Origin: Candidatus Omnitrophota bacterium
GTDB taxonomy: Bacteria; Omnitrophota; Gorgyraeia; VGKH01
Length of the DNA stretch: 64,000 nt
Assembly (NCBI GenBank): GCA_043819095.1
Contig: JBDRFF010000056.1
Coordinates: 20,076 to 84,075, forward strand
Direction of reading: 5' to 3'
Within the stretch, counting starts at the first letter, position 1; each line of letters opens with the position of its first letter. Positions 1 to 10,489 of this stretch are shown piece after piece. The position numbers and the translations under genes were made by a program. Under the pieces are notes generated by a model. It worked only from the letters and a program-made list of their open reading frames with translations. It was not told the origin of the DNA and did no database searches.

Positions 1-842
1 AATTTATTTAGATTTTCCCCTGACATCTGACAAAGGGGTAATCTTAGATCCGGACTACACATCCCTAGAATTCCCATCGCTGTCTTCACGGGAATCGGAT
101 TTGTCTCGATAAACAACGCCTTTATCAAAGGTAAAAGCCTGTAATGAATCTCTTGAGCTTTTTTTATATTTCCCTTTTCAAATTCATTAACCATTTTAGC
201 AACATCCTGAGGAACAATATTGGCTACAACTGAGATTACGCCAACGCCACCGATACCTAAAAGTGGCAGCGTGAGAACATCGTCTCCGGAAATCAAAAGA
301 AAATCCTTCGGACACAGCTTCTTGGTTTGAGCCATCTGATCTAAAGAACCCGATGCCTCTTTAACTCCCACGATATACTTACAATCCCGAGCTAATTTGG
401 CAATTGTCTCAGGAGCAATATTGACCGCCGTTCTTCCCTGAATATTATAAAGAATAATAGGAATCCTAGCTGCCTCTGCAATTGCTTTAAAATGCAGATA
501 CAATCCTTCTTGAGTCGGCTTATTGTAATAGGGAGAAACCTGTAATGAGGCATCCGCTCCGGCCTTGGCGGCATGCTTTGTAAGCTCTATCGCCTCTTGA
601 GTTGAATTAGAACCCGTGCCAGCAATTACAGGAACTCTTTTATTAACCACTTCGATTATCAATTCAATGACTCTCTCATGCTCCTGGAAGTTTAAAGTTG
701 GAGATTCACCCGTCGTGCCGCAAGGAACAATGCCAGATGTACCATTTTTAATCTGGAACTCAATTAACTCCGCTAACTTTTTTTCGTCAATTTTTCCGTT
801 CTTAAAAGGCGTAACAATTGCTACTAACGAGCCTTTAAACAT
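1..842 (-). CDS. dapA: 4-hydroxy-tetrahydrodipicolinate synthase, 3' end beyond the window edge
   Basis: Absent from the ORF track because no stop lies in the window. Hand translation from ATG at 842..840 gives MFKGSLVAIVTPFKNGKIDEKK...PCGTTGESPTL...YYNKPTQEGL...VGVKEASG (Schiff-base Lys context)...FIETNPIPVKTAMG. It overlaps the dapF stop by 8 nt. Confidence 0.9.
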   Translation of the reverse strand, partial: MFKGSLVAIVTPFKNGKIDEKKLAELIEFQIKNGTSGIVPCGTTGESPTLNFQEHERVIELIIEVVNKRVPVIAGTGSNSTQEAIELTKHAAKAGADASLQVSPYYNKPTQEGLYLHFKAIAEAARIPIILYNIQGRTAVNIAPETIAKLARDCKYIVGVKEASGSLDQMAQTKKLCPKDFLLISGDDVLTLPLLGIGGVGVISVVANIVPQDVAKMVNEFEKGNIKKAQEIHYRLLPLIKALFIETNPIPVKTAMGILGMCSPDLRLPLCQMSGENLNK

Positions 843-1647
843 AATATTCCCCCTTATAAATTATTTGGGATTTTCCTTCTAACCAAACATTGTAAAATTT
901 GTCATTTTTATAATCAAAATAGACTTTGAGTATTTCCGTACTCAAAGTTTTTATTTTCATTGAAAACTTTTTTGGCTTATCTTTGTCCTCAAAAACTTTT
1001 AAAAACGAAATCAAACCTGAAGCTACCGCTCCTGTTCCGCAGGCAAGAGTCTCGTTCTCTACTCCTCTTTCGTATGTACGGACTCCGATTAAATCTTTAT
1101 CATAAATTTCTACAAAGTCAACGTTGGTCCCTCGCGGTTGAAATTTTCTATGGTGGCGGATTTCTCTACCGATATTCACTACGTCGATTAGATTTAATCC
1201 CTCGACAAAAATTACAGAATGCGGCACGCCGGTATCAATATAATTCACTTTTATGTCTCTCTGGCTAAGAACAACTGATATATCCAAGCTGCAATCTCTC
1301 GGATGAGACATCTTTATCTTCACTGTATCTTTATTAACATTAGCTTCGATGATGCCGGATTTTGTATGCAAATCTAGTTTTTTTAGTTTAAATTTTCTAT
1401 TTACATAAAGCGCGAGACACCTAGCGCCATTTCCGCACATCTCAGCTTCAGAGCCATCAGGATTAAATATGCGCATATTAAAATGACCTGCTTTTTTCTT
1501 TTTTATCGTAAGCAAACCATCGGCGCCAACACCTGTCTTTCTTTCGCAGACTCTTCTAGCCAAGGAATGCAGATTAGTCTTCAATTCATCAACTACGATA
1601 AAATCGTTTCCGCTTGCAACCATCTTGGTGAAATTTATCTTTTTCAT
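835..1647 (-). CDS. dapF: diaminopimelate epimerase
   Basis: 270 aa. Contains MVASGNDFIVVD and NPDGSEAEMCGNGARC plus a second ETLACGTGAVA Cys motif, typical of DapF. Confidence 0.9.
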   Translation of the reverse strand: MKKINFTKMVASGNDFIVVDELKTNLHSLARRVCERKTGVGADGLLTIKKKKAGHFNMRIFNPDGSEAEMCGNGARCLALYVNRKFKLKKLDLHTKSGIIEANVNKDTVKIKMSHPRDCSLDISVVLSQRDIKVNYIDTGVPHSVIFVEGLNLIDVVNIGREIRHHRKFQPRGTNVDFVEIYDKDLIGVRTYERGVENETLACGTGAVASGLISFLKVFEDKDKPKKFSMKIKTLSTEILKVYFDYKNDKFYNVWLEGKSQIIYKGEYYV

Positions 1648-2900
1648 CTCAAAAATTTAGGAATGGATTCTCCGTTAACTAAATCGCGATATGATTCTCT
1701 TTCACGAATCACAAAAATTCTATTTCCCTTAACCATTATTTCACTTGTGCGTGGACGGCTATTGTAGTTAGACGCCATGCTAAAACCATACGCTCCTGCG
1801 CTCATAATGGCAAAAAATCCTCCCTCGCGAGGAATTGATACTCTTCTATTCTTTGCAAAGAAATCACCGCTTTCACAGATCGGGCCGACCACATCAACGT
1901 TTCTTGTTCTTGTTGAAGCTTTTCTTAACGGCACTATCTCGTGGTGCGCTTGATATAAGGCAGGTCTGATTAAATCATTCATCGCAGCATCAACAATAAC
2001 GAATGACTTAATTCGAGATCTCTTTAAGTAAAGAACCTTAGTGACCAATATTCCAGCGTTTCCCACAATGAATCTTCCCGGCTCCAGAATAATTTTTAAA
2101 CCTGTCTTCCTTAAAACAGGCAACACTAATTGAGCAAACTGATCCGCTGTCTGCGGCTTTTCATCCTTGTAGATTATCCCTAGTCCGCCGCCGATATTGA
2201 GATATTCAATTCTTACGCCTAGAAATCTCAAATTGTCGATAAATCGAACAACACGCCTTATCGCGTTTAGAAATGGTTTTCCGGCAATAATCTGCGAACC
2301 AATATGCATATGCAGGCCATTAATCTTTAAATTACTGAATCTTCTTCTCTGCGAAAAAATTCTTCTTGCTGTTAAGAAATCAATCCCGAATTTATTCGTT
2401 AGTTTTCCGGTTGTGATATAACGGTGCGTTCCCGGCTCAACATCAGGATTAATTCTAATCGCAACTTGTGTAATCCTATTTAACTTTCGAGATATCCTAT
2501 TTATTCTCTCTATTTCAGGAACGGATTCGACATTGAAAAATAGAATTCCCCTGCTGATTGCCTGAGAAATCTCTTCCTCTGTCTTTCCCACGCTGGCATA
2601 GACAATTTTCTTGGCTGCACAACCGACTTTTGTTGCCTTGAATAGTTCTCCGCCTGAGACGATATCTAATCCGGCACCTGTACGAACCAAAGCCCGGCAG
2701 ATAGCAAGATTGGAATTCGCCTTCATCGAATAGCAAATCAAAGGATCGATACTGGAAAATGCCTTCTTTAACTTCTCGAAATGATCAGTCAACGTCTTAT
2801 AGCTATAAAGATAAAAAGGCGTTGTTATTTTTCTTGCAATAGCTTCGATATTTACTGACTCGCAGTAAAGTCTATTTCTTCTAAACTTAAAATCATGCAT
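1644..2900 (-). CDS. lysA: diaminopimelate decarboxylase
   Basis: 418 aa PLP decarboxylase fold. Contains YSMKANSN (PLP Lys), HMHIGSQ and GPICESGDFF motifs. 4-nt overlap with dapF. Confidence 0.9.
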   Translation of the reverse strand: MHDFKFRRNRLYCESVNIEAIARKITTPFYLYSYKTLTDHFEKLKKAFSSIDPLICYSMKANSNLAICRALVRTGAGLDIVSGGELFKATKVGCAAKKIVYASVGKTEEEISQAISRGILFFNVESVPEIERINRISRKLNRITQVAIRINPDVEPGTHRYITTGKLTNKFGIDFLTARRIFSQRRRFSNLKINGLHMHIGSQIIAGKPFLNAIRRVVRFIDNLRFLGVRIEYLNIGGGLGIIYKDEKPQTADQFAQLVLPVLRKTGLKIILEPGRFIVGNAGILVTKVLYLKRSRIKSFVIVDAAMNDLIRPALYQAHHEIVPLRKASTRTRNVDVVGPICESGDFFAKNRRVSIPREGGFFAIMSAGAYGFSMASNYNSRPRTSEIMVKGNRIFVIRERESYRDLVNGESIPKFLR

Positions 2901-4269
2901 TTAGTTTCTTCTTCCAAATTTGTAACTGAGTATTTACTCTTGATGGAGATGTTCCTCCGAATGACTTCTTTAAATTAACTGAGGTACTCGGATTTAATAA
3001 TTTTTTAACATCTTTCTGGAATTCCTTTGAAAACTTTCTGAATTCTTTAATATCGATTTGCGACAAGCTCTTTCCTTTATCTAAGAACTTTTTTACCATC
3101 TTGCCAACTATATCGTGGGCGTCCCTGTAAGCTACGCCTTTTTTGATAAGATATTCCATAATGTCTACAGAGAATAAAGATTCATCATCGATCTTTTTTG
3201 CGACTAGAGCCTTATTAACATTTACATTCTTGAAAAGTTCAGTAAAAATGGCCAAAATCTCCTTTATTGTATCTACGGAGCTAAATAGCGGCGGTTTATC
3301 AAATTGCATATCTCTGTTGTATGATAAAGGTAAGCCCTTCATCATTATTAGTACGCTCGATAAATTTCCATGAATCTCACCAACCGTTGCCCGAATAAGC
3401 TCTAATATATCCGGATTCTTTTTATGCGGCATAATCGATGAACCTGTACAAAAGGACCATTCAATCTCAATAAAATCAAATTCTCTTGTAGACCATAATA
3501 TCAGATCTTCAGATATTCTTGAAAGATGGACCGATAGTATTGCCAAATTGGCTAAAGCCTCCAAAACAAAGTCTCTGTCGCTTATGGAATCAATACTGTT
3601 TGCCGTAACCTTATCAAAGCCCAATTCTTTTGCAACGTAAAATCTATCTATCCCTAAAGATGTTCCTGATAAAGCGCAGGAACCCAGAGGCATCGCATTT
3701 GTTCTCTTTGCTGTATCGACTAATCTACCCTTATCTCTTTCCAATATCTCCAGATAAGCCAAAAGATGGTGCGCTAACAACACTACTTGAGCAAGTTGCA
3801 TGTGCGTATAAGCTGGAATTATTACTTTCTTATTTTTGCTTGCAAAAGAAAGTATTGATTTCTGTAAATTAGCGATAAGCTTATTAATTGTTGTTATTTC
3901 ATCTAAACAATACATTTTCATATCCAAAGCAATTTGGTCATTTCTTGATCTTGCCGTATGTAATTTATCAGCCGCCTGACCGATTTTTTTCTTCAAAGCA
4001 TCCTGGATATTTGAATGGATATCTTCAGCTTTTGGATTGAATTTAAATCTGCCCTGCTCAATATGTTTCAGAATCGCTTTTAGACCCTTAACGATTCTTT
4101 TTGCGTCGCTTGAACTGATAATTTTGCACTTGCCCAGCATCTTGGCATGGGCGATACTTCCTTTGACATCATAAACAGCAAGTTTCTTATCGAACGAAAT
4201 GCTCGATGAAAATTTATCAGCCAAGCTCGATGTCTTTTTAGCAAATCTAGCTCCCCAAAGTTTTTTCAT
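2893..4269 (-). CDS. argH: argininosuccinate lyase
   Basis: 458 aa. Starts MKKLWGARF and contains TARSRNDQ and the GSSIMPHKKNPD fumarate-lyase signature. Confidence 0.93.
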   Translation of the reverse strand: MKKLWGARFAKKTSSLADKFSSSISFDKKLAVYDVKGSIAHAKMLGKCKIISSSDAKRIVKGLKAILKHIEQGRFKFNPKAEDIHSNIQDALKKKIGQAADKLHTARSRNDQIALDMKMYCLDEITTINKLIANLQKSILSFASKNKKVIIPAYTHMQLAQVVLLAHHLLAYLEILERDKGRLVDTAKRTNAMPLGSCALSGTSLGIDRFYVAKELGFDKVTANSIDSISDRDFVLEALANLAILSVHLSRISEDLILWSTREFDFIEIEWSFCTGSSIMPHKKNPDILELIRATVGEIHGNLSSVLIMMKGLPLSYNRDMQFDKPPLFSSVDTIKEILAIFTELFKNVNVNKALVAKKIDDESLFSVDIMEYLIKKGVAYRDAHDIVGKMVKKFLDKGKSLSQIDIKEFRKFSKEFQKDVKKLLNPSTSVNLKKSFGGTSPSRVNTQLQIWKKKLNA

Positions 4270-4281
4270 GTTTCTTCCTTT

Positions 4282-5388
4282 TTATTTTGAGCTGTATGTT
4301 ACCAGTTCTCTCTTATATAAAGAATACTTTGATTTTCTTCCTACGGGAATACAGCTTCCTTTATATAGTTTTAATCTGACGGTTCCTGTAACTTTTTTCT
4401 GTGTCTTGTTAATAGCTTTATCAAGAAGTTTTTTCTTTTTCGAAAACCACTCACCTCTATAAATCATCTCAGCATATTTTAAGGAAATGATTTCCTTTTC
4501 GTGCTGAACCTTTCCTTTTAAGACCATGCTTTCTAATTCTTTATGCGCAGCAACTAAAATGGCTGCTGCTGGCGCCTCGTAAATTTCCCTGGATTTTAAG
4601 CCGATTACTCTGTTCTCAATCGAATCAGACCTGCCAATCCCGTGTTCTCCTCCGATTTTATTTAATTTTGAAATCAATTTAATCAATGAATAACTCTTAC
4701 CATTTATCTTCTTTGGCTCGCCTTGCTTAAAATAAATATCCAAATATTGCGGCTTTGATGCTGCTTTTTGTGGATCAAGGCTCATCTGATACACATCTTT
4801 TGGCGGCTCAGTCCAAGGATCTTCCAAGACACCGCATTCAATACTTACACCCCATAAATTTTTATCAATGCTATAGATCTTTTTCTTCGTGACATCTACG
4901 AGAATTTTCTTTTCCTTGGCATAATCAATCTCTTCTTCTCTGGATTTTAATTTCCAAACCTTTACCGGAGCAACAATCTTTAATTTTGAATCAAGCAACT
5001 TCGTTGTTCCTTCAATTCTGACTTGGTCATTGCCGATTCCAGTACAGCCATGTGCAATCGCCTTTGCCTTTTCTTTATGTGCAATATCAACCAAATATTT
5101 TGTAATCAACGGTCTTCCCAGAGCTGTTGCTAAATAGTATTTACCCTCATAAACAGCATTTGCCTTAAGCGTAAGTAGAATAAAATCCTGGGCAAATTCT
5201 TTCTTTAAATCCTTCACATATACCTTTGATGCACCTGTCTTAATAGCTCTTTTTTTAATAAGCTTGAAATTTTCGCCTTGTCCTAAATCAGCGATAAAGC
5301 AGATTATATCGTAGCCTTTATCCTTGAGCCATCTTACGCAGCAAGAAGTATCTAATCCACCGGAATATGCCAGAACTACTTTTTTCAT
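4282..5388 (-). CDS. argG: argininosuccinate synthase (about 30 aa shorter at the C-terminus than typical)
   Basis: 368 aa. Contains the AYSGGLDTS ATP-PPase motif and HGCTGIGNDQVR. Confidence 0.92.
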   Translation of the reverse strand: MKKVVLAYSGGLDTSCCVRWLKDKGYDIICFIADLGQGENFKLIKKRAIKTGASKVYVKDLKKEFAQDFILLTLKANAVYEGKYYLATALGRPLITKYLVDIAHKEKAKAIAHGCTGIGNDQVRIEGTTKLLDSKLKIVAPVKVWKLKSREEEIDYAKEKKILVDVTKKKIYSIDKNLWGVSIECGVLEDPWTEPPKDVYQMSLDPQKAASKPQYLDIYFKQGEPKKINGKSYSLIKLISKLNKIGGEHGIGRSDSIENRVIGLKSREIYEAPAAAILVAAHKELESMVLKGKVQHEKEIISLKYAEMIYRGEWFSKKKKLLDKAINKTQKKVTGTVRLKLYKGSCIPVGRKSKYSLYKRELVTYSSK

Positions 5389-6291
5389 TTATTTTCCTAC
5401 AAGAAGCATCACCAAAATTGCTTTCTGGACATGCAATCTATTTTCTGCCTGATCGAATACAATCGAATGCTTGCTATCCATAATATTATCTGCTACCTCT
5501 TGGCCTCTATGCGCAGGTAAACAATGCATAAAAATGTAGTTTTTCTTCGCTTTTAAAACTAATCTGCTATTAACCTGAAAGCCTTTAAAAATCTTTTTTC
5601 TTTTTGCAGCCTCTTGCTCTTTCCCCATGCTCGCCCAAACATCGGTATAAACAACCTCAGCTCCATCCGCTGCCTTGTTTGGATTATTAGAAATATTCTT
5701 CATTGGTGTTTTTGAATCCCTGATAATCTTTTTATTCGGTCCATATCCTTTAGGTGTTGCGATTTTTAAATTCACTCCAACTTTTGCGCAGACATACATA
5801 AGCGAATGACAAACATTGTTTCCGTCTCCGATGTAAGCTAAATTAACGCCTTTTAGTTTTCCGAACTTTTCCTTTATAGTATATAAATCAGCTAAAGCCT
5901 GACAAGGATGAAGCAAGTCCGATAAACCATTTATCACGGGGATCTTAGAATACTTTGCCAAATCCAACATATCGCTATGCTTATACGTTCTAGCAACAAT
6001 TGCGTCTAAATATCTAGAAAGTGTCTTGGCTGCATCTTCGACAGTTTCTCTTACGCCCAGATTGATTTCATCCGGACCCAAATAAATACAATTTCCGCCC
6101 AGCTGCCAAACCCCAACTTCAAATGAAACCCTAGTTCTGTTCGATGGCTTTTGAAAAATTAATACAACAGATTTTCCTTTTAATTTCTTAGAAAAACTCG
6201 ATTTGCTTTTTTTGAGCTTAGTGGTTAGGCTGAAAACCTTATCGATTTCTTTAGTTGATAAATCTTTAATACAAATCAAATCTTTTTTCAT
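5389..6291 (-). CDS. argF: ornithine carbamoyltransferase
   Basis: 300 aa. Contains SNRTRVSFE, DVWASMG and HCLPAHRGQE motifs (OTC type), in arg cluster context. Confidence 0.9.
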   Translation of the reverse strand: MKKDLICIKDLSTKEIDKVFSLTTKLKKSKSSFSKKLKGKSVVLIFQKPSNRTRVSFEVGVWQLGGNCIYLGPDEINLGVRETVEDAAKTLSRYLDAIVARTYKHSDMLDLAKYSKIPVINGLSDLLHPCQALADLYTIKEKFGKLKGVNLAYIGDGNNVCHSLMYVCAKVGVNLKIATPKGYGPNKKIIRDSKTPMKNISNNPNKAADGAEVVYTDVWASMGKEQEAAKRKKIFKGFQVNSRLVLKAKKNYIFMHCLPAHRGQEVADNIMDSKHSIVFDQAENRLHVQKAILVMLLVGK

Positions 6292-6293
6292 TT

Positions 6294-7496
6294 CTATCCT
6301 TCACTTAATATGCCATCTAAAATCGCCAACGCTTTATTAATCTGCTTTTTGTTAACATTTAAAGCTGGCATCAATCTTAAAATCTTATCGTGAGTGCAAT
6401 TAATCAGCAGTCCTTTTTCAAGTGCCTTTTCCACAATCTGCTTTCCCTCTATATTTAACTCTATTCCAATCATAAGACCCATTCCTCTAACCTCGAGTAT
6501 CTGGCTATGCTTTGATTTTAGCGCACCCAATTTACTAAACAAATACTCACTCATCTTTACAGCATTAGCAAGCATTTTTTCCTTTTGAATTGCTTTAAAC
6601 ACGCCCAGCGAAGCTCTGCAAACCAATGGACTTCCGCCGAATGTTGATGCATGAGTTCCCGGGCCTAAAGTATCAGCGATTTCTTTTTTAACAACCATCG
6701 CACCGATAGGTAGTCCTCCGGCTAAAGCTTTGGCTAATGTCATAATATCGGGCTTAACTTCGTAATTTTGAAAACCAAACATCTTTGCCGTCCTGCCGAT
6801 TCCAGTCTGAACCTCATCAAAAATCAAAAGCAGATCTTTTTCATCGCAAAGCTGTCTTAAACCCAAAATATATTCTTTATCCGCGACATTTATCCCGCCT
6901 TCACCTTGAATCAACTCCAACATAATTGCGACAGTTTTATCACTAATCGCGTTCTTAACAGCATCTAAATTATTAAATTCAACTGTCTTAAATCCTTCGA
7001 CCAAAGGCGCAAAACCTTCTTTGTATTTATCTTGTCCAGTTGCGGTCAAGGCAGCGAGCGTTCTTCCATGAAAAGAATTTTTAAAAGTTATTATCTCAAA
7101 TCTTTTGCCCTTGCCACTTATGGTGAGCGAAATCGAACCATATGACCTAGCAAATTTTATTGCACCTTCATTTGCCTCTGCTCCAGAGTTACAGAAAAAT
7201 ACCTTTCCTTCAAACGACCAATAAATGATCTCCTTTGCAAGCTTTGCCTGCTGTGGATGATAAAGATTGTTCGGGATATGGATAAGTTTTCCAATCTGTT
7301 CCCTAACCGCTGTTATAACATTTGGATGACAATGCCCTAAGTTACTTACTCCCCAACCAGGAAAAAAATCTAAATACTCTTTTCCATCAATATCCCAAAG
7401 CCTTGAGCCTTTGCCTTTGGTGAAAATTACATTCATCCGCGTGTATGTCGGAAGAATATAATCCTTATATGAATCAAAAATCTCTTGTTTTTTCAT
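6294..7496 (-). CDS. argD: acetylornithine aminotransferase
   Basis: 400 aa class-III aminotransferase. Contains FCNSGAEANE, LIFDEVQTGIGRT and MTLAKALAGG (PLP Lys). Confidence 0.88.
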   Translation of the reverse strand: MKKQEIFDSYKDYILPTYTRMNVIFTKGKGSRLWDIDGKEYLDFFPGWGVSNLGHCHPNVITAVREQIGKLIHIPNNLYHPQQAKLAKEIIYWSFEGKVFFCNSGAEANEGAIKFARSYGSISLTISGKGKRFEIITFKNSFHGRTLAALTATGQDKYKEGFAPLVEGFKTVEFNNLDAVKNAISDKTVAIMLELIQGEGGINVADKEYILGLRQLCDEKDLLLIFDEVQTGIGRTAKMFGFQNYEVKPDIMTLAKALAGGLPIGAMVVKKEIADTLGPGTHASTFGGSPLVCRASLGVFKAIQKEKMLANAVKMSEYLFSKLGALKSKHSQILEVRGMGLMIGIELNIEGKQIVEKALEKGLLINCTHDKILRLMPALNVNKKQINKALAILDGILSEG

Positions 7497-8350
7497 TTTG
7501 TAATCTCGGTCCCGATACCTTCATCCGTGAAAATTTCCAAAAGCAATGCCCGAGGAGTTCTCGCATCGATAATGTGTGTTTTTTTGACTCCGCCCTCAAC
7601 TGTCTTTAAGCAGGCCTTGACCTTCGGAATCATCCCTTCTTGGATTACTTTTTGTTTTATTAATGACTTTGCTTCCTCTATATTCAAAGAAGAAATGAAT
7701 GACTCGTGATCCTCAATATTTCTCATAATTCCTTTTATGTTAGTCAATAATACAAATTTTTCTGCTGTCAACTCAACCGCGATAGCCGAAGCTGCTTCAT
7801 CAGCATTAACATTATAAATTTGTTCTTTTTCTCCTTTTGCCATCGGACAAATTACAGGAATTATCTCTCTTTTTAATTTGTTAAGGAGAATAGATTTATT
7901 TATCCCAACAATCTCGCCCACAAAACCCAAGTCTTTTTTGCCCTTTCCTGTTTTTCTTTTTGCTCTGATAATGTCTTGGTCGCCACTCAAGCTAATTGCA
8001 TGACCATTTAACTCTTTCATTTCTTTGACAATCATCCGATTCAATTTCATTAACTCTTCATCTACTACCTTAAGCGTCTCTTTATCGGTGACTCTCATAC
8101 CTTCATAGAATTCAGTTTTTTTACCTATCTCCCTCATCCTTTCAGTAATACTGGGACCACCGCCGTGGACGAGAATCGGTCTTATTCCCATAAAACTTAA
8201 AAAAACAATATCTTCTAATACACCTTTTCTGATTTTTTCTTCACCTAAGATACTTCCTCCGTATTTTATTACGATGGTCTTTTTTCTAAAGGCGTGTATA
8301 TAAGGCAGTGCCTCGATTAAAACATCGGCTTTTTTAATTATATCTTGCAT
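7493..8350 (-). CDS. argB: acetylglutamate kinase
   Basis: 285 aa. Contains IVIKYGGS and VHGGGPSI, the amino-acid kinase fold. 4-nt overlap with argD. Confidence 0.92.
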   Translation of the reverse strand: MQDIIKKADVLIEALPYIHAFRKKTIVIKYGGSILGEEKIRKGVLEDIVFLSFMGIRPILVHGGGPSITERMREIGKKTEFYEGMRVTDKETLKVVDEELMKLNRMIVKEMKELNGHAISLSGDQDIIRAKRKTGKGKKDLGFVGEIVGINKSILLNKLKREIIPVICPMAKGEKEQIYNVNADEAASAIAVELTAEKFVLLTNIKGIMRNIEDHESFISSLNIEEAKSLIKQKVIQEGMIPKVKACLKTVEGGVKKTHIIDARTPRALLLEIFTDEGIGTEITK

Positions 8351-9470
8351 TAATTCTCACGTATCCCGTAGATAAATCCGAAGTGTAAACTGTTGACTCG
8401 GATTTGCCCATATTTAAATTGATTGTTATTTTTATGTTCTTATTTTTAAAAGATGTTGTCGAAACTTTTATTCTATTTTCATTGATGTTTATTCCTGTCT
8501 GACCTAAAGCAGAATATATTCTTCCTAAGTTTCTGTTTTCTCCAAAAACCGCTGTTTTTAAAAGATTGGAATTAGCTACGGCGAAAGCAGCTTTTTTAGC
8601 ATCTTGGGAAATCTTTGCACCTTTAACTTTTATCTGTATAAATTTAGTTGCGCCCTCAGCATCATAAATGATTTTTTTCGCCAGTTCTAAACAAACATAA
8701 TTTATTGCCTTAGAGAATCTATCAAAAGCTTTATCTGTCGCGTTTATCTTTCTATTTTGGGCATAGCCATTTGCCATAATCAAAACCATATCATTTGTAC
8801 TCATACATCCATCAACAGTTATACAATTAAATGAGTTATATACTGCGACTTTTAATGCCTTCTTTAATGCACTCGCTGCAATCGCCGCATCGGTTGTGAT
8901 AAACGAAAGCATTGTTGCCATATTCGGATAAATCATTCCTGCGCCTTTTGCAATTCCGCAGATAGTTACAGCTTTACTATCAATCATAATCTTAAGCGCG
9001 ATGCTCTTGGGATTTCTATCTGTTGTCATAATCGCTGACGCTGCATCGCTGATTCCGCTTCTCTTCGTTTTTTTGACTAATTCAGGAATGCCTTTTTTAA
9101 TTTTATCCATGGGAAGCGGCTTTCCAATAATACCAGTCGAGGCAACCAAAACGTTTTTAGTTTTTATCTTTAAATTTTTAGCTACGACTGACGTCATCTT
9201 TATAGCATCCCTGAAACCTCTTGTCTTCGTCATGCAATTAGCATTACCGCTATTTACGATTACTGCCTGAGCTCGATTGTCACTTAGATAAATTTTATTT
9301 ACCTTTACAGGTGCTGCCTGAAGTTTATTAGTAGTAAACACACCGGCTGCTGTCGCAATCTTATCAGAATAAATCAAGGCTAAATCTTTCTTTCCTGATT
9401 TCTTTATACAGCAAGAAGTGCCGCCTGCCCTAAAACCAATCGGCAAAACCGGCTTCTTTAAAATCTTCAT
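8334..9470 (-). CDS. argJ: bifunctional glutamate N-acetyltransferase / amino-acid acetyltransferase
   Basis: 378 aa. Contains the self-cleavage context PNMATMLSFITTDA and the ArgJ family pattern. 17-nt overlap with argB. Confidence 0.9.
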   Translation of the reverse strand: MKILKKPVLPIGFRAGGTSCCIKKSGKKDLALIYSDKIATAAGVFTTNKLQAAPVKVNKIYLSDNRAQAVIVNSGNANCMTKTRGFRDAIKMTSVVAKNLKIKTKNVLVASTGIIGKPLPMDKIKKGIPELVKKTKRSGISDAASAIMTTDRNPKSIALKIMIDSKAVTICGIAKGAGMIYPNMATMLSFITTDAAIAASALKKALKVAVYNSFNCITVDGCMSTNDMVLIMANGYAQNRKINATDKAFDRFSKAINYVCLELAKKIIYDAEGATKFIQIKVKGAKISQDAKKAAFAVANSNLLKTAVFGENRNLGRIYSALGQTGININENRIKVSTTSFKNKNIKITINLNMGKSESTVYTSDLSTGYVRINARYN

Positions 9471-10489
9471 TTTAGTCCAGCATCCTCTCTGAAGCCACAG
9501 GCGATATTCATATTCTGCACTGCCTGGGAGGCTGCGCCTTTCATTAAATTATCGATTGCCGCAACGATCATGAGCGTCTTTTTCTCTTCACAAACTCTTA
9601 GACAAATATCACAACAATTTAAGTCTAAAACATCTTTTGTCTGCGGGAATTTTCCTTCATCATGAACCCTTACAAAAGGCTCAGTCTTATAAAATTTCTT
9701 ATAGATTTTTATAATATCTTTTTCTGGTTTAGATTCTTTTAATTTAATATAGATGGTTTCTAATATCCCTCTATCCATCGGAACAAGATGAGGAATAAAT
9801 ATAGTTGTAATTTTTTTTTGCGCCAAATTTGAAATCTCTTGATTAATCTCTGGCATATGCTGATGCGCATTAATTTTATAAGCCTTTAAATTTTCATTTA
9901 CTTCAGAGAAAAAGAAATCGATCGATGCCTTTCTTCCTGCTCCGGTAAGACCGGATTTAGCGTCGATGATAATTGACTTTAAATCAATTATTTCGGCTGT
10001 CAGAGCCGGAGCCAAAGCTAAAATCGCTGCTGTAGGATAACATCCAGGGTTTGCGATTAATTTTGCCTTCTTTATCTTCTCCCGATAAAGCTCAGGCAAA
10101 CCATAAATCGCATTTTCTATATTTTTCTTATCTTTGTGCGCAGTGCCATACCAAGTTTTATATTCGGCTGAATCTTTAAGTCTATAATCTGCGCTTAAAT
10201 CTATCACTGTTTTATTTCTTTTTAGCAATTCAGGTGCAAATAACATAGAAATCGTGTGCGGAACAGCTAAAAATATTAGATCGCACAAGGATGATGCCTT
10301 TTCTAAATCAAAGTTATCGCAAATGAGATTGATCTTTCCGTTAAAATGCGCAAAGATATCAGCGACCTTTTGCGCTTTTTCGATTTTTGCTGAAAGATAA
10401 GTAATTCTCACTTCCGGATGGCTCAATAGAATATCGATAAGCTTTTCACCAGTATATCCGGTTGCGCCAACTATGCCAACTTTTAGCAT
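9467..10489 (-). CDS. argC: N-acetyl-gamma-glutamyl-phosphate reductase
   Basis: 340 aa. Contains GATGYTG and ANPGCYPTA (active-site Cys). 4-nt overlap with argJ. Confidence 0.92.
   Translation of the reverse strand: MLKVGIVGATGYTGEKLIDILLSHPEVRITYLSAKIEKAQKVADIFAHFNGKINLICDNFDLEKASSLCDLIFLAVPHTISMLFAPELLKRNKTVIDLSADYRLKDSAEYKTWYGTAHKDKKNIENAIYGLPELYREKIKKAKLIANPGCYPTAAILALAPALTAEIIDLKSIIIDAKSGLTGAGRKASIDFFFSEVNENLKAYKINAHQHMPEINQEISNLAQKKITTIFIPHLVPMDRGILETIYIKLKESKPEKDIIKIYKKFYKTEPFVRVHDEGKFPQTKDVLDLNCCDICLRVCEEKKTLMIVAAIDNLMKGAASQAVQNMNIACGFREDAGLK

Noticed and set aside
392-882. Track ORFs 392..574(-) and 616..882(+)
   Set aside because: Both lie inside the hand-translated dapA reading frame (1..842, minus strand), which has full-length DapA motifs. 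They are wrong-frame or antisense artefacts.
4282-5388. argG possibly truncated or a pseudogene (368 aa versus ~400 typical)
   Set aside because: The reading frame is intact with all core motifs and ends 12 nt before argH in a tightly packed operon. The shorter C-terminal tail is more likely a lineage feature than gene decay.
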